Source: an uncultured Nitrososphaerota archaeon
GTDB lineage: Archaea; Thermoproteota; EX4484-205; JAAOZO01
NCBI GenBank assembly: GCA_964408285.1
Contig: CAYOYV010000003.1
Coordinates: 1-64,000 of the forward strand
Length of the DNA stretch: 64,000 nucleotides
Direction of reading: 5' to 3'
A program made the position numbers and the translations under genes. Below are positions 39,487-49,201 of the stretch, piece by piece. Position 1 is the first letter of the stretch. The number at the start of each line of letters is the position of its first letter. The notes beneath the pieces were generated by a model. That model was not told where the DNA came from. It searched no databases and saw only the letters and a list, made by a program, of their open reading frames with translations.

Positions 39487-40497
39487 TCAGCATTGATTCG
39501 ATGATTCGCCTTGGTCGGATGAAAGGCTCGATTCAGCTTTCCTGATTTCAACTGTCTGGATCTTAAGCTGACAGGTATTGCAGATTCTTCCCGACGTCGG
39601 TTCGCCACAGAATTCACACTCATTGATGTTCTTCACGACTGTCTGATGTCCGAGTAATGCCTCCCTGAACTTCTCGCTGCTCCTGAGGATCTGATACTTC
39701 ATTCCGGTGTGCAGCGTCTCAAATTCATCGATCATCCTCTTCACATCCATCCTAATCACCTCTCCTCTGTATGGACACGTAGGGGAGAAGTCCGTATTGG
39801 GGAACTTCAACCTCGCATAGAACAGGACTTCCTGCTCGGGGCACATTCGGAGTGGCTTTATCCTCTTGATGAACTTGCTGCTAAAGACCAATCCCTCTCC
39901 TCTCATTATTCTTCTAACGTCTCCTGTAATGAAATTCATCAATACACTTTCTGCTTCATCGTCGAGGTTATGGCCGGTGGCGAGTTTTGTTGCGCCGAGT
40001 TCTCTTGCCTTCTTGTTTAGCAGGTATCTTCTAAACACGCCGCAATTGCACAGTCCCGGCCTTACCTTTGCCATTTCGTCGACTCCGTGACCCATCTCTT
40101 GCTTGAACGAGAAGGCATATTGACGGACCCCAGTCGTTTCGCAAATCGACTTCGCGTTTTTCATGAGTCTCTCATCATATCCTCTTATGCCATGGTCTAT
40201 GGTCAAGGCGAAGATGTTGGCTCTCCCTCCGGTTCGGGCGTTGAATTCGTTGAGCAGGAATAGGGCGACAACTGAATCCTTCCCGCCAGAGAGGCCCACG
40301 CATATTCTGTCGTTCTCTTGCAGATAGTGATTCTCCGCAATGGTTTTTCTGACCCTTTTCTCAAAGAACCTCGCGAAACAAGCCCGGCAAAGAAAAAGTC
40401 CGCAATATCTGAGTTCTATGACGGATTGCGCCTTTCCGCATTGGCTGCATTTCACCACGTCCAGAATCTTCGTCTCAGCCTTCAATGCCCTCGTCAT
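39487..40497 (-). CDS. tRNA 2-thiolation protein, TtuA/Ncs6 (TIGR00269-like)
   Basis: N- and C-terminal Zn fingers, SGGKDS PP-loop, LATGHNLDDEA, CPY. Confidence 0.88.
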   Translation of the reverse strand: MTRALKAETKILDVVKCSQCGKAQSVIELRYCGLFLCRACFARFFEKRVRKTIAENHYLQENDRICVGLSGGKDSVVALFLLNEFNARTGGRANIFALTIDHGIRGYDERLMKNAKSICETTGVRQYAFSFKQEMGHGVDEMAKVRPGLCNCGVFRRYLLNKKARELGATKLATGHNLDDEAESVLMNFITGDVRRIMRGEGLVFSSKFIKRIKPLRMCPEQEVLFYARLKFPNTDFSPTCPYRGEVIRMDVKRMIDEFETLHTGMKYQILRSSEKFREALLGHQTVVKNINECEFCGEPTSGRICNTCQLKIQTVEIRKAESSLSSDQGESSNQC

Positions 40498-40587
40498 CTA
40501 CGTCTCCTAGAGGAGCATCCTTATTTTGCTTTTCCAGATCGCTTCGAGACTTTGCATTAGGACCGTCGGCATACCTAGCGGATTCCA

Positions 40588-40968
40588 TCATTCTTCGATC
40601 CTAAGTTCTTCCCCCTCTTGAACCCTCTTGAATCTCAAGGGGTCTCCAATGACTCTGCCAAATACATTTACAGGGCTGTACGCTCTGGGCTTGTCCCCAT
40701 GGCTCGCCGGGGTCCTTCCAAAGAAGATGCACATTGCCCTGCCGGGAGGCCAATAGGCTATGTCGCCAACTTCCACATCTTGAACCGCATTTTCCTCGTC
40801 AGCTTGTACTGGAATTTCCAGATATACCTCATCTCCCCATCTATTTGGGATACCCGCAAAGGGCAGGTGGTCTAGAATGGCCTTGGCTGTTTTCGGGTTC
40901 ATGTCTTCCCTTACTTCTGCTGTGACTTCGCCAATCGACTTCGACCTAATCTTGAATGTTCTAGTCAT
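40588..40968 (-). CDS. Cyclophilin-like fold protein (DUF369-type)
   Basis: NRWGDEVY, GDIAYWPPG.A.CIFFG.TP, SPVNVFG. Confidence 0.88.
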   Translation of the reverse strand: MTRTFKIRSKSIGEVTAEVREDMNPKTAKAILDHLPFAGIPNRWGDEVYLEIPVQADEENAVQDVEVGDIAYWPPGRAMCIFFGRTPASHGDKPRAYSPVNVFGRVIGDPLRFKRVQEGEELRIEE

Positions 40969-41015
40969 GGGCGTGTCTCCTTCTTAGATCGTGCTTTCAC
41001 TACTTATCATTTGTC

Positions 41016-41074
41016 GTTTCGGCTCTCGGAAATGCCCCTGAGGTTGCTCCATCTCGGGAGTTCAGAGCCGAAAC
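41016..41074. repeat. 11-bp perfect inverted repeat in a divergent intergenic region
   Basis: GTTTCGGCTCT (41016-41026) and AGAGCCGAAAC (41064-41074). Confidence 0.7.
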
Positions 41075-41101
41075 TTAATAACCAGAGCCTGATGTCGGGA
41101 G

Positions 41102-41767
41102 ATGTGCTCTGGGCAATTGCTCATCGTGATGTGTGGGCTTCCTGGAACCGGAAAGACAACAGCCGCTAGACACATGGCTCCTGCCGTCCACGCAGAGATT
41201 CTCAGCACGGATGGAGTGAGAAGGCAAATCCTCAAGGAATGCACCCTGCAGGAAATTCTCGAATCGAAGGATCCGATGCTGTGCGACATTCAAAGGGTCT
41301 TCGATGCCCTTCCCAGCATACCGAGTAAATATCAGAACATGATCTGGCTCCAGAATGAAATGGTCTACGAAGAAGTTGTCAAGAGGACATCCTACGGCCT
41401 GAAAGAGAAAAGCATGATATTGGACGGGACTTTCTCGAAGAGGAAAGTAAGAGAAAGGCTTTATGAGACTGCAAAGGATTCGAACCAAAATCCATATGTT
41501 GTTTACTGCATTTGTCCGGAGGAGATCGTCAAGAAACGATTTGACAGAAGGAGAGCAACGATAGATGAACTTAGTAACGTGGACAAGATGTCGATCTATT
41601 TCAAGGTCAAACTCGCTTTCGAGGACCCGCTGCAAGATGACGCTCCTGTTATCACATATGATAGCGAGAAGTTGTCCGTATCAATTCAGAACGCTGAGCG
41701 GGGCCTTTCATCAGAGATATCACTAATCGAGAGTCTGCTAGAGTCTATATCTGCTCCGCGTACGTAG
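41102..41767 (+). CDS. P-loop kinase (AAA_33/COG0645-like)
   Basis: GLPGTGKTT, LSTDGVRR, ILDGTF, C.CPEE...RF..R. Confidence 0.85.
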   Translation: MCSGQLLIVMCGLPGTGKTTAARHMAPAVHAEILSTDGVRRQILKECTLQEILESKDPMLCDIQRVFDALPSIPSKYQNMIWLQNEMVYEEVVKRTSYGLKEKSMILDGTFSKRKVRERLYETAKDSNQNPYVVYCICPEEIVKKRFDRRRATIDELSNVDKMSIYFKVKLAFEDPLQDDAPVITYDSEKLSVSIQNAERGLSSEISLIESLLESISAPRT

Positions 41768-42743
41768 ATGAGAGTTCGAAGTATGCCCTAGCGTTCGTTT
41801 CAGTTTTAGTCTTCTCTTCCTCGGTTGTGCGTTTATCATTTAGCCTGAAGCTTATCACTTTACCTCTGACGTATGCCCTGTAGCATTCATAGAAAGGCAG
41901 GAGGGATCTCACTTCGTCATCGGAGCTGCGCAGGAGGTATCTGTTCAAGAAATGATTCGAGAGATCATGTCTTCCATTATAGTCGAGATCCATAATTAGA
42001 AAAGCTATGTCTGCTGCGACGTCGCTGTATCTGAAGCGGGTGTTGAACTCAATGCAATCAAAGATGTAGATCTTATCGAGCACAAAGATGCTACCAGAAT
42101 GGAGATCGCCGTGGCAGTCTCTTATCCTTTCGTTTGCTATCCTTCTAAGAAACAAGGAAGGATTTTTCGACATGAACGATTCCACTTTGTGCTTCACAAA
42201 ATCGAACGTGGCACCCGTTATTGTTCTGCCGATGAACTCCCTTGTCTGTTCGAAATTCTCACTCCAATTAAGTCGGATTGTGTCAACGGATCCTCCCTGA
42301 TTTACGTGTGAACCTGTTTCAGCTCTGGAATGGAAGTCGGAAAGAACCTTCGATATTAGATCCATCGTATCATTGCTCACCTTTCGCTGTTCAAGTAGGG
42401 TCGAGAGCAAAGCGTCGTGAGGAAACTCATGCATCTTCACTGCATATTCTTGTGCCTGTCCCTTGCAGCCAATCCTGAATTGCCCATTAGAAGGCCCTAT
42501 TGGAAGTACTCCGATATACATCTCAGGGGAGAGCCTTCTGTTCAGTATGACCTCTTGCTCGCAGAAATACTTTCTTTTCTCCAAGGACGTGAAATCGAGA
42601 AACCCAAAGTTAACCGGTTTCTTCACTTTGTAGGCATACTTGCCAGTCAGGAAAACCCATGAGATATGTGTTTGGATTAATCTGATTCGCGAGACTGCCT
42701 CATCATAAGTCTCGGGTTTCATCATGACCTCGATTACGTCCAT
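41745..42743 (-). CDS. Aminoglycoside-phosphotransferase-like protein (COG2187)
   Basis: QTHISWVFLTG.YAYKVKKPV.FGFLDF, E..LNRRL, RDCHGDLH, FDCIEFN.RFR, YRAYVRGKV. Start 42743 preferred over 42818. Confidence 0.88.
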   Translation of the reverse strand: MDVIEVMMKPETYDEAVSRIRLIQTHISWVFLTGKYAYKVKKPVNFGFLDFTSLEKRKYFCEQEVILNRRLSPEMYIGVLPIGPSNGQFRIGCKGQAQEYAVKMHEFPHDALLSTLLEQRKVSNDTMDLISKVLSDFHSRAETGSHVNQGGSVDTIRLNWSENFEQTREFIGRTITGATFDFVKHKVESFMSKNPSLFLRRIANERIRDCHGDLHSGSIFVLDKIYIFDCIEFNTRFRYSDVAADIAFLIMDLDYNGRHDLSNHFLNRYLLRSSDDEVRSLLPFYECYRAYVRGKVISFRLNDKRTTEEEKTKTETNARAYFELSSTYAEQI

Positions 42744-43175
42744 CCGTTCCTCAAAGCATTCGGGGGCGAGGATATAAGCGAAATCTATCAAAAAAGGCTG
42801 TACTTCATGCAAGCGCACGCGCAGGGTGCTGTCCAGATCTCCTTCTTGATTGCGAAGTCGTATCGTTCATATGGATCCAATTGAGTATCTGGATCCTATG
42901 GTCTCTTCGTCAACACATGTGCCTTCAGTTATGTTCGCCGGCATGCGTATTGGGTATCGCTGTTAGACCGGTGATGTCAGAGACTGAGCCGGCAGAGAAG
43001 AGGATTCGATGGATTGAAATGTCCCCATACATCCTCCGAGTCGGACACTCACGCGTCGCCTACCGGAATCGCTCTCTCGTAACGGGCAATGTGCGGGTTC
43101 AATGCAATTTTCCTCTCGTTCGACTTAAAGCTTTTAGACTTTCGCTGACAAGGCCGCGTAGGTGAAAACAATACG

Positions 43176-44450
43176 ATGTGGATGTTGTCTAGCAGATTAA
43201 CGCGGAACGCAAAGGCTCCATTTCTCGTATTCCTTGCATTACTTCTATTGGTGCCGATCGTGATACATCCAGTGAATGCGGCCGGTACATCTCTTGTAGC
43301 TATCTTGTTTGATGTGGGAGGAAAAGGAGATCTGAGTTTCAATGACATGGCCGCATATGGCGCGGAGCAAGCGAAAAAGACTCTGGCACCCCTAGGTTAC
43401 CCTGTCGAAGTGAGCTACTTCACACCACGCTCAACAGCGGACTACATTCCGAACTTGGAGAGCTATGCGTCATCAGGCAAATACACGATCCTCGCATGCA
43501 TTGGTTACCTTTGGACGGATGCCTTGAACAAGACGGCTCCCAAATACCCCAACCAGAAGTTCATGATCATTGATTCAGTGGTGAACTGGCCAAACGTCGC
43601 GTCCGTGGTATTTCGTGAAAACGAGGGCAGTGCCCTCGTCGGAGCTGCAGCAGCTGTGGCAACAAAGACAGGCAATGTCGCTGTCGTTCTCGGGATGGAA
43701 ATACCTTTGCTCTGGAAGTTCGAGATTGGTTTTGCTGTTGGAGCGAAATGGATGGCGGAAAAGCTGGGTAAGGATATCACCATAGGATATTACTACACGG
43801 GCACTTTCGGTGATCCGGCAAAAGGAAAGGAAGCCGCCATTACATTCCTAGACAAGGGCGCGGATGTAATCTACACGGCCGCTGGTGGAACCGGCTTGGG
43901 TGCACTAGACGCTTGCTACGAGAGAGCCAAATCAACTGGAAAGCCGATATTCGGCATAGGTGTCGATGCCAACCAGGATTACGTCCATCCTGGCAATATA
44001 CTTTGCTCAATGAGAAAGAAGGTCGACTTCGGCGTACAGTCGACCGTAGAAGCTGCTGTCAAAGGAACCTTCAAGGCAGGAATCGTCGACCTAGGATTGA
44101 AAGAGGGGGGAGTTAGCATGACGACGCCGGCGGACATGACGATGTGGGGAGAATTCCTCAAAGGTGCAGGCTACACCGATGCCCAAATCGCTGACGCCAA
44201 GTCGAAGATCCAGACAATGTACGACACATATCTGAGTAAGAACCAAAGGGACATTGACGAACTACAGAGCAAGATAATCAGCGGGGACGTCAAGATACCG
44301 GTTCCAGATAGCACAACGATATCGAGCCTACGCACTCAAAACATAGGGACCTTCAAGGCAGGCATACCTTTGACATGGATCATAGCGGGAGCTGCCGTTG
44401 TAATAGTAGTGCTAGGGGGGGCGTATTACTTCTTCTTCATGAAGAAGTGA
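43176..44450 (+). CDS. BMP/Med family ABC substrate-binding protein (probably nucleosides)
   Basis: DVGGKGDLSFN, FRENEGSALVG, GADVIY.AAG.TG.G, GVDANQD, SMRKKVD; C-terminal TM. Confidence 0.92.
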   Translation: MWMLSSRLTRNAKAPFLVFLALLLLVPIVIHPVNAAGTSLVAILFDVGGKGDLSFNDMAAYGAEQAKKTLAPLGYPVEVSYFTPRSTADYIPNLESYASSGKYTILACIGYLWTDALNKTAPKYPNQKFMIIDSVVNWPNVASVVFRENEGSALVGAAAAVATKTGNVAVVLGMEIPLLWKFEIGFAVGAKWMAEKLGKDITIGYYYTGTFGDPAKGKEAAITFLDKGADVIYTAAGGTGLGALDACYERAKSTGKPIFGIGVDANQDYVHPGNILCSMRKKVDFGVQSTVEAAVKGTFKAGIVDLGLKEGGVSMTTPADMTMWGEFLKGAGYTDAQIADAKSKIQTMYDTYLSKNQRDIDELQSKIISGDVKIPVPDSTTISSLRTQNIGTFKAGIPLTWIIAGAAVVIVVLGGAYYFFFMKK

Positions 44451-44517
44451 TGCTTCCCCTAATGTTTTTTCTAAACGGAGAATGCCAATACGCATAGAGT
44501 TGGGAAGGTAGTGGGAT

Positions 44518-46032
44518 TTGGACCAGGAACGCCGCGTTCTGATGGAGGATATCCACAAGATCTACCCCGATGGCGTGGAAGCGCTTAGGGGAGTAACGAT
44601 TGATTTCAAAGCAGGCGAAGTACACGGCCTGTTGGGAGAGAATGGTGCCGGCAAGTCAACTCTGATGAGAATCCTATTCGGTCAGATCAGAGGGTCAACT
44701 GGGAGGCTCCTCATAGGTGGAGAGCAGGTAGATTTCCGAAGCCCCAGGGATGCAATTGCAAAGGGCATTGGAATGGTCTTCCAGCATTTCATGCTCGTGT
44801 CCACCTTTAGCGGGCTTGAGAATATCCTGCTTGGTTTCGATTCCGAACACGGATCAGAAGAGCGTGAATCGATAAGAAGAAACGCGATGAGCCTTGCCAG
44901 TCGTCTGGGACTGAAAGTGGACCTTGATGCGGTTGTGGAGAACATGCCAATGGGAGAGAGGCAGAGGATAGAGATCTTGAAGCTTCTTCTGAGGGAAGTG
45001 GACGTTCTGATTCTGGACGAACCGACCTCGAACCTTACCCCCTTCGAGACGGATGAACTCCTCAGGGCAATGAGGAAGCTCAGGGATGAAGGGAAGACCC
45101 TCATATTCGTCACTCATAAGCTGAGAGAGGCACTCTCCATATGCGACAGGATAACCGTAATGAGGAAGGGCTTGAAGGTAGACACAGTAAGCGCGGCTAA
45201 TGCAGACTTGTCATCACTGGCGCGAATGATGGTCGGGAAAGAGGTTATTCTTGAGATCAAGAAAGAGTCGACCCATCTCGGATCGATACTCCTAGAAGTA
45301 AGGGGCATCACAGTCAAGAACGATCTTGGAAAGGAAGCTGTCAAGAATGTCTCTTTCGATATTAAGTCCGGAGAGATACTGGGCATAGCAGGTGTCGCCG
45401 GAAATGGTCAGAAGGAACTGGTGGAGGCGATTACTGGACTGCGTGTAACTGAGGCGGGCAACATATTCGTGGCTGGCGTGGATATTACCAAGAAAACTCC
45501 TGGGGAAATCTACGAGCTAGGATTATCACACATCCCGGAGGACAGATTCGGAACCGCTGTTATCCCTGCGCTATCTGTCAAGGATAACTTGGTCTTAGGT
45601 CTTCAATTCAGGAAGGAATTCTCTGACGGGATCATGATTAGGCAAGGATCCATCGAGGCAAATGCTGACAAACTGATCGAGCACTATTCGATAATGGGAA
45701 CGAAGGAAGTGCCAGTCAAGTCTCTTTCCGGAGGGAACATACAAAGAGTCGTGATAGCCAGAGAATTCAGCAAGTCTCCCTCTATCATTGTGGCGTCTCA
45801 ACCGACCACAGGATTGGACATTGGAGCGACGGAGTTCGTCAGGAACGAACTTCTCAAGATGAGAGACAATCAGAAGGCAATTCTTTTGGTTTCGTCAGAG
45901 CTGGAGGAAGTGTTGAGCTTGAGCGACAGGGTGGCGATAATGTACGAGGGGGGGTTCATGGGCGTAAAGAAACCAGAGGAATTGACTGAGGAAAAGATCG
46001 GATTGATGATGGGAGGTGTAAAGGTTGAGTAG
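44518..46032 (+). CDS. Nucleoside/sugar ABC importer ATP-binding protein (duplicated NBD)
   Basis: GENGAGKSTL, MVFQHF, LDEPT, HIPEDR, LSGGNIQR, QPTTGLD. Confidence 0.95.
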   Translation: MDQERRVLMEDIHKIYPDGVEALRGVTIDFKAGEVHGLLGENGAGKSTLMRILFGQIRGSTGRLLIGGEQVDFRSPRDAIAKGIGMVFQHFMLVSTFSGLENILLGFDSEHGSEERESIRRNAMSLASRLGLKVDLDAVVENMPMGERQRIEILKLLLREVDVLILDEPTSNLTPFETDELLRAMRKLRDEGKTLIFVTHKLREALSICDRITVMRKGLKVDTVSAANADLSSLARMMVGKEVILEIKKESTHLGSILLEVRGITVKNDLGKEAVKNVSFDIKSGEILGIAGVAGNGQKELVEAITGLRVTEAGNIFVAGVDITKKTPGEIYELGLSHIPEDRFGTAVIPALSVKDNLVLGLQFRKEFSDGIMIRQGSIEANADKLIEHYSIMGTKEVPVKSLSGGNIQRVVIAREFSKSPSIIVASQPTTGLDIGATEFVRNELLKMRDNQKAILLVSSELEEVLSLSDRVAIMYEGGFMGVKKPEELTEEKIGLMMGGVKVE

Positions 46033-47137
46033 CACGTCCGGATCGATTCGTGAAAAGCTATTGAGGGTACTGCAATCCGCCATCATAATCCTGGTTGGTT
46101 TTCTCGTTGGGGGCTTCTTCATGATGGCAACCGGACATGACCCAATAGTCGCCTATAGTGCGATGTTCTTTGGGAGCAAGGAAAGAGGAATGGAAGGGGC
46201 CTTCGGGGGGATGCTTGGAATAACATCGACGATTAGGGAGGCCTCTTTCATAATACTCACTGGGCTTGCAGTGCAGATGGCATTCTCCGCTGGAGTTTTC
46301 AACGTTGGGGTTGAGGGGGCGATGTACATAGGGGCCTTTGTCTCGTTTCTTGTCGGATATACTATCGCTCTTCCGCTGAACCCAGTCACGAACCTTGTAC
46401 ATGCCCTGCTGGCCATTGGTGCGGCAATGCTGGCCGGCGCTGCATGGATGTACATACCTACCTATCTGAAGATCAAGAGAAGTGCGCATGAAGTCGTAAC
46501 GACCATAATGCTCAACTACATCGCGACCTCAATAACTGAGCTTCTAGTGGTGACGTTCTTTCTCCCACAAACAGGAATTCCTCCTGGTGGGATACTTACG
46601 CCTGACATAAATCCGTCAGCCATGGTACCGCAGCTTCCCCTTCTTGGTGCGAATCTGAGCCTCGGAATCATCCCAACGCTGACGGTTGCTGTCTTGCTAT
46701 TCATAACGACTCGAAGGTCAGTTATCGGGTATTCCATAAGAGCGGTTGGATCAAGTCCGAAAGCAGCAAGATACGGCGGCATAGATGTGGAGAAAATCGT
46801 GCTCTTGGTCATGTTGGCGGGAGGCGCCATGGCAGGACTGGCCGGCTCAATAGACGTGCAATTCACCGAATATCGATTCAGCCAATCATTCAGCCCGGGT
46901 TACGGTTTCTCCGGCATTCCTGTTGCCCTCATAGGAAGATTGGACGTCGCCGGCATAATCTTGGCGGGGCTGTTCATGAGCGCGCTCCACATCGGAGCTC
47001 TAAGCATCCAGCCAGTCACGGGGATGCCAAGGGAAATATCGATGCTTATTGAGGGTCTTATTGTGATTTCTGCCGCACTTCCCGGGGCAATGGAACTGAT
47101 CACTTCGCACCTGAGAGCGAGGAGGGAGAAGAAATGA
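46025..47137 (+). CDS. Nucleoside ABC importer permease
   Basis: FNVGVEG, HEVVTTIMLNYI, GYSIRAVG, GYGFSGIPVALIG. Confidence 0.92.
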   Translation: MSSTSGSIREKLLRVLQSAIIILVGFLVGGFFMMATGHDPIVAYSAMFFGSKERGMEGAFGGMLGITSTIREASFIILTGLAVQMAFSAGVFNVGVEGAMYIGAFVSFLVGYTIALPLNPVTNLVHALLAIGAAMLAGAAWMYIPTYLKIKRSAHEVVTTIMLNYIATSITELLVVTFFLPQTGIPPGGILTPDINPSAMVPQLPLLGANLSLGIIPTLTVAVLLFITTRRSVIGYSIRAVGSSPKAARYGGIDVEKIVLLVMLAGGAMAGLAGSIDVQFTEYRFSQSFSPGYGFSGIPVALIGRLDVAGIILAGLFMSALHIGALSIQPVTGMPREISMLIEGLIVISAALPGAMELITSHLRARREKK

Positions 47138-48063
47138 GCGAGATTTTGGTGGACCCAATAATCTTCGTCTCTCTGATTTTCGGTGCCATAAGATCCATGA
47201 TCCCCCTTATTCTGGGCAGCACTGGCGAACTGACTATCGAGAAATCAGGGATTACGAACTTGGGGATAGAAGGGATAATGCTCTTGAGTGCTTTCGCTAG
47301 TGCGTATGGCTCTTGGACAACTGGTGATCCTCTTATAGGATTAGCATATGGCATACTGGTTGGCGCCGTCATTGGCTTCTTGTATGGATACCTTAGCATG
47401 AGACTAAGAGCCGATCAAGTTGTGTTGGGCTTGGGGCTGGGAACGCTAGCTCTGGGTCTCACTGAGATCCTGACAGTTGTCGTCTGGACGACCTATGGGT
47501 ACGGCAAGAGCGTCCCGCGACTACCCTCGTTTCTCCAGATTCCAATCGGGCCATTCATAGTCTACGAAATTTCCTATTTCCTTCCGATCTCCATCGGGAT
47601 TGCTTTGGTGGCCTATTATGTCCTGTACAAGACTAGATATGGCTTGATGATCAGAAGCTGTGGCGAGAACGCATTGGCCGCTGACGCAGCTGGCATCGAT
47701 GTCCCATTGGTGAGGTATCTGACCTCGACGTTCGGCGGCATACTCTTTGGGCTAGCTGGAACCTACATAGCCATAGATTGGAATAACATATTCGTAAGAG
47801 CCATGACTGGTGGAAGAGGTTGGGTATCGATTTCTCTCGTAATATTCTCAGGATGGAATCCTTTGGTGGCAATAGGAGGCAGTCTGCTTTTTGGCCTTTT
47901 CGATACGCTTCAATATTGGGTGGCAGCTTCCGTTGGGTCCAGTCTTCTGCCCGCTCAAGTCCCTAGGATGATACCCTATCTAGTTACTGTTATCGTGCTC
48001 GCTCTATATGGGAAGAAGGCAAGGGGGCCCTCAGAAGCGGGCAAGCCATACGTGAAGGAATGA
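47134..48063 (+). CDS. Nucleoside ABC importer permease
   Basis: EKSGITNLGIEG, ADQVVLG, RSCGEN..AADAAG, GRGW...VIFSGWNP, PYLVT. Confidence 0.92.
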   Translation: MSEILVDPIIFVSLIFGAIRSMIPLILGSTGELTIEKSGITNLGIEGIMLLSAFASAYGSWTTGDPLIGLAYGILVGAVIGFLYGYLSMRLRADQVVLGLGLGTLALGLTEILTVVVWTTYGYGKSVPRLPSFLQIPIGPFIVYEISYFLPISIGIALVAYYVLYKTRYGLMIRSCGENALAADAAGIDVPLVRYLTSTFGGILFGLAGTYIAIDWNNIFVRAMTGGRGWVSISLVIFSGWNPLVAIGGSLLFGLFDTLQYWVAASVGSSLLPAQVPRMIPYLVTVIVLALYGKKARGPSEAGKPYVKE

Positions 48064-48184
48064 TGCGATTTGAAAGTCAGAACTATATTCTGGGGGGGAT
48101 GGTGTCTTCTTCCTATCTCGCGCGCGAACTTGACTAGAGTATGAAGGGATTTTAGCCTAGGAGTGAGATGTGTGGCCCTCTTCA

Positions 48185-49111
48185 ATGGAACTCAAGTCAT
48201 TCGCAAAGACCGATGTCAAGATCTCAGCAATCGGACTGGGGACTTGGGGCTGGGGAGACTGGTATTGGGGATATGGGTCGCGCTACGTGAAACAGGATTT
48301 GGTGTCCGCCCTTAGCAAGTCTCTCGATCTGGGGGTGAATCTAATCGACACAGCTGAAGCATATGGATGGGGATTGTCCGAAAAAATCATCGGTGAGGTG
48401 CTAGCTGGCAGACAGGATGAGGTGTTCATAGTGACGAAATACCTCCCACTTCACATCTTCTCCTCTTCGATGATAAAAGCTGTCGAGAATAGCCTGAAGC
48501 GCCTCCAGACTAGGACGATAGACCTGTATCTCGTCCATAGACCGAGCCCCATCATGCCGATATCTGCCATGATGAGAATTATGGAGTCTCTGGTCAAGGA
48601 AGGAAAGATCAAATATATCGGGGTGAGCAACTTCAATCTGGATCAAGTCAGGAAGGCCCAATATTCTCTGAGGGGAGAAGGATTGTCCTGTATTGAGAAC
48701 GAGTACAGCATTCTCCAGAGAAGTCCTGAGACCAATGGGCTCTTGAGATTCTGCGCGGAAAACAAGATGACCTTCGTTGCCTACAGCCCATTGGCTCAGG
48801 GAATGTTGACTGGCAGATATCCTTCGGGATTCAAGGCCGTCAGAGATCTCAGGAGATTCACTCGTGTCTACTCTGAGGAGAAGCTCCGCAGAATAGCTAT
48901 GTTAGTGGATTCGCTACGTATGATAGGAGACAAATATGGAAAATCGATAGGCCAGGTCTCGCTCAATTGGCTTATCCGTGACCCCATGGTCATACCAATT
49001 CCGGGAGCTAAGAACGCATCTCAGGCCGAACAGAACGCCGAGTCCTCTGGCTGGAGACTGTCAGACTCAGACTGGCAAGCTATTGAGAGGACAAGTCGAG
49101 CTCTTGATTAG
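48185..49111 (+). CDS. Aldo/keto reductase
   Basis: GLGTWGWG, DTAEAYG, IDLYLVH, GVSNF, AYSPLAQG, IPGAKN..Q..N. Confidence 0.93.
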   Translation: MELKSFAKTDVKISAIGLGTWGWGDWYWGYGSRYVKQDLVSALSKSLDLGVNLIDTAEAYGWGLSEKIIGEVLAGRQDEVFIVTKYLPLHIFSSSMIKAVENSLKRLQTRTIDLYLVHRPSPIMPISAMMRIMESLVKEGKIKYIGVSNFNLDQVRKAQYSLRGEGLSCIENEYSILQRSPETNGLLRFCAENKMTFVAYSPLAQGMLTGRYPSGFKAVRDLRRFTRVYSEEKLRRIAMLVDSLRMIGDKYGKSIGQVSLNWLIRDPMVIPIPGAKNASQAEQNAESSGWRLSDSDWQAIERTSRALD

Positions 49112-49201
49112 TACGGACCAACAACGGATTACTTTAATCAATCAAGTTTGTGGGTGGATGAATCGGAAAGCTTTTTCTATCATCGAAAAGCCCAGTCAAA
49201 C

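Noticed and set aside
41075-41635. 186-aa antisense ORF opposite the AAA_33 kinase
   Set aside because: Shadow ORF with no recognisable features.
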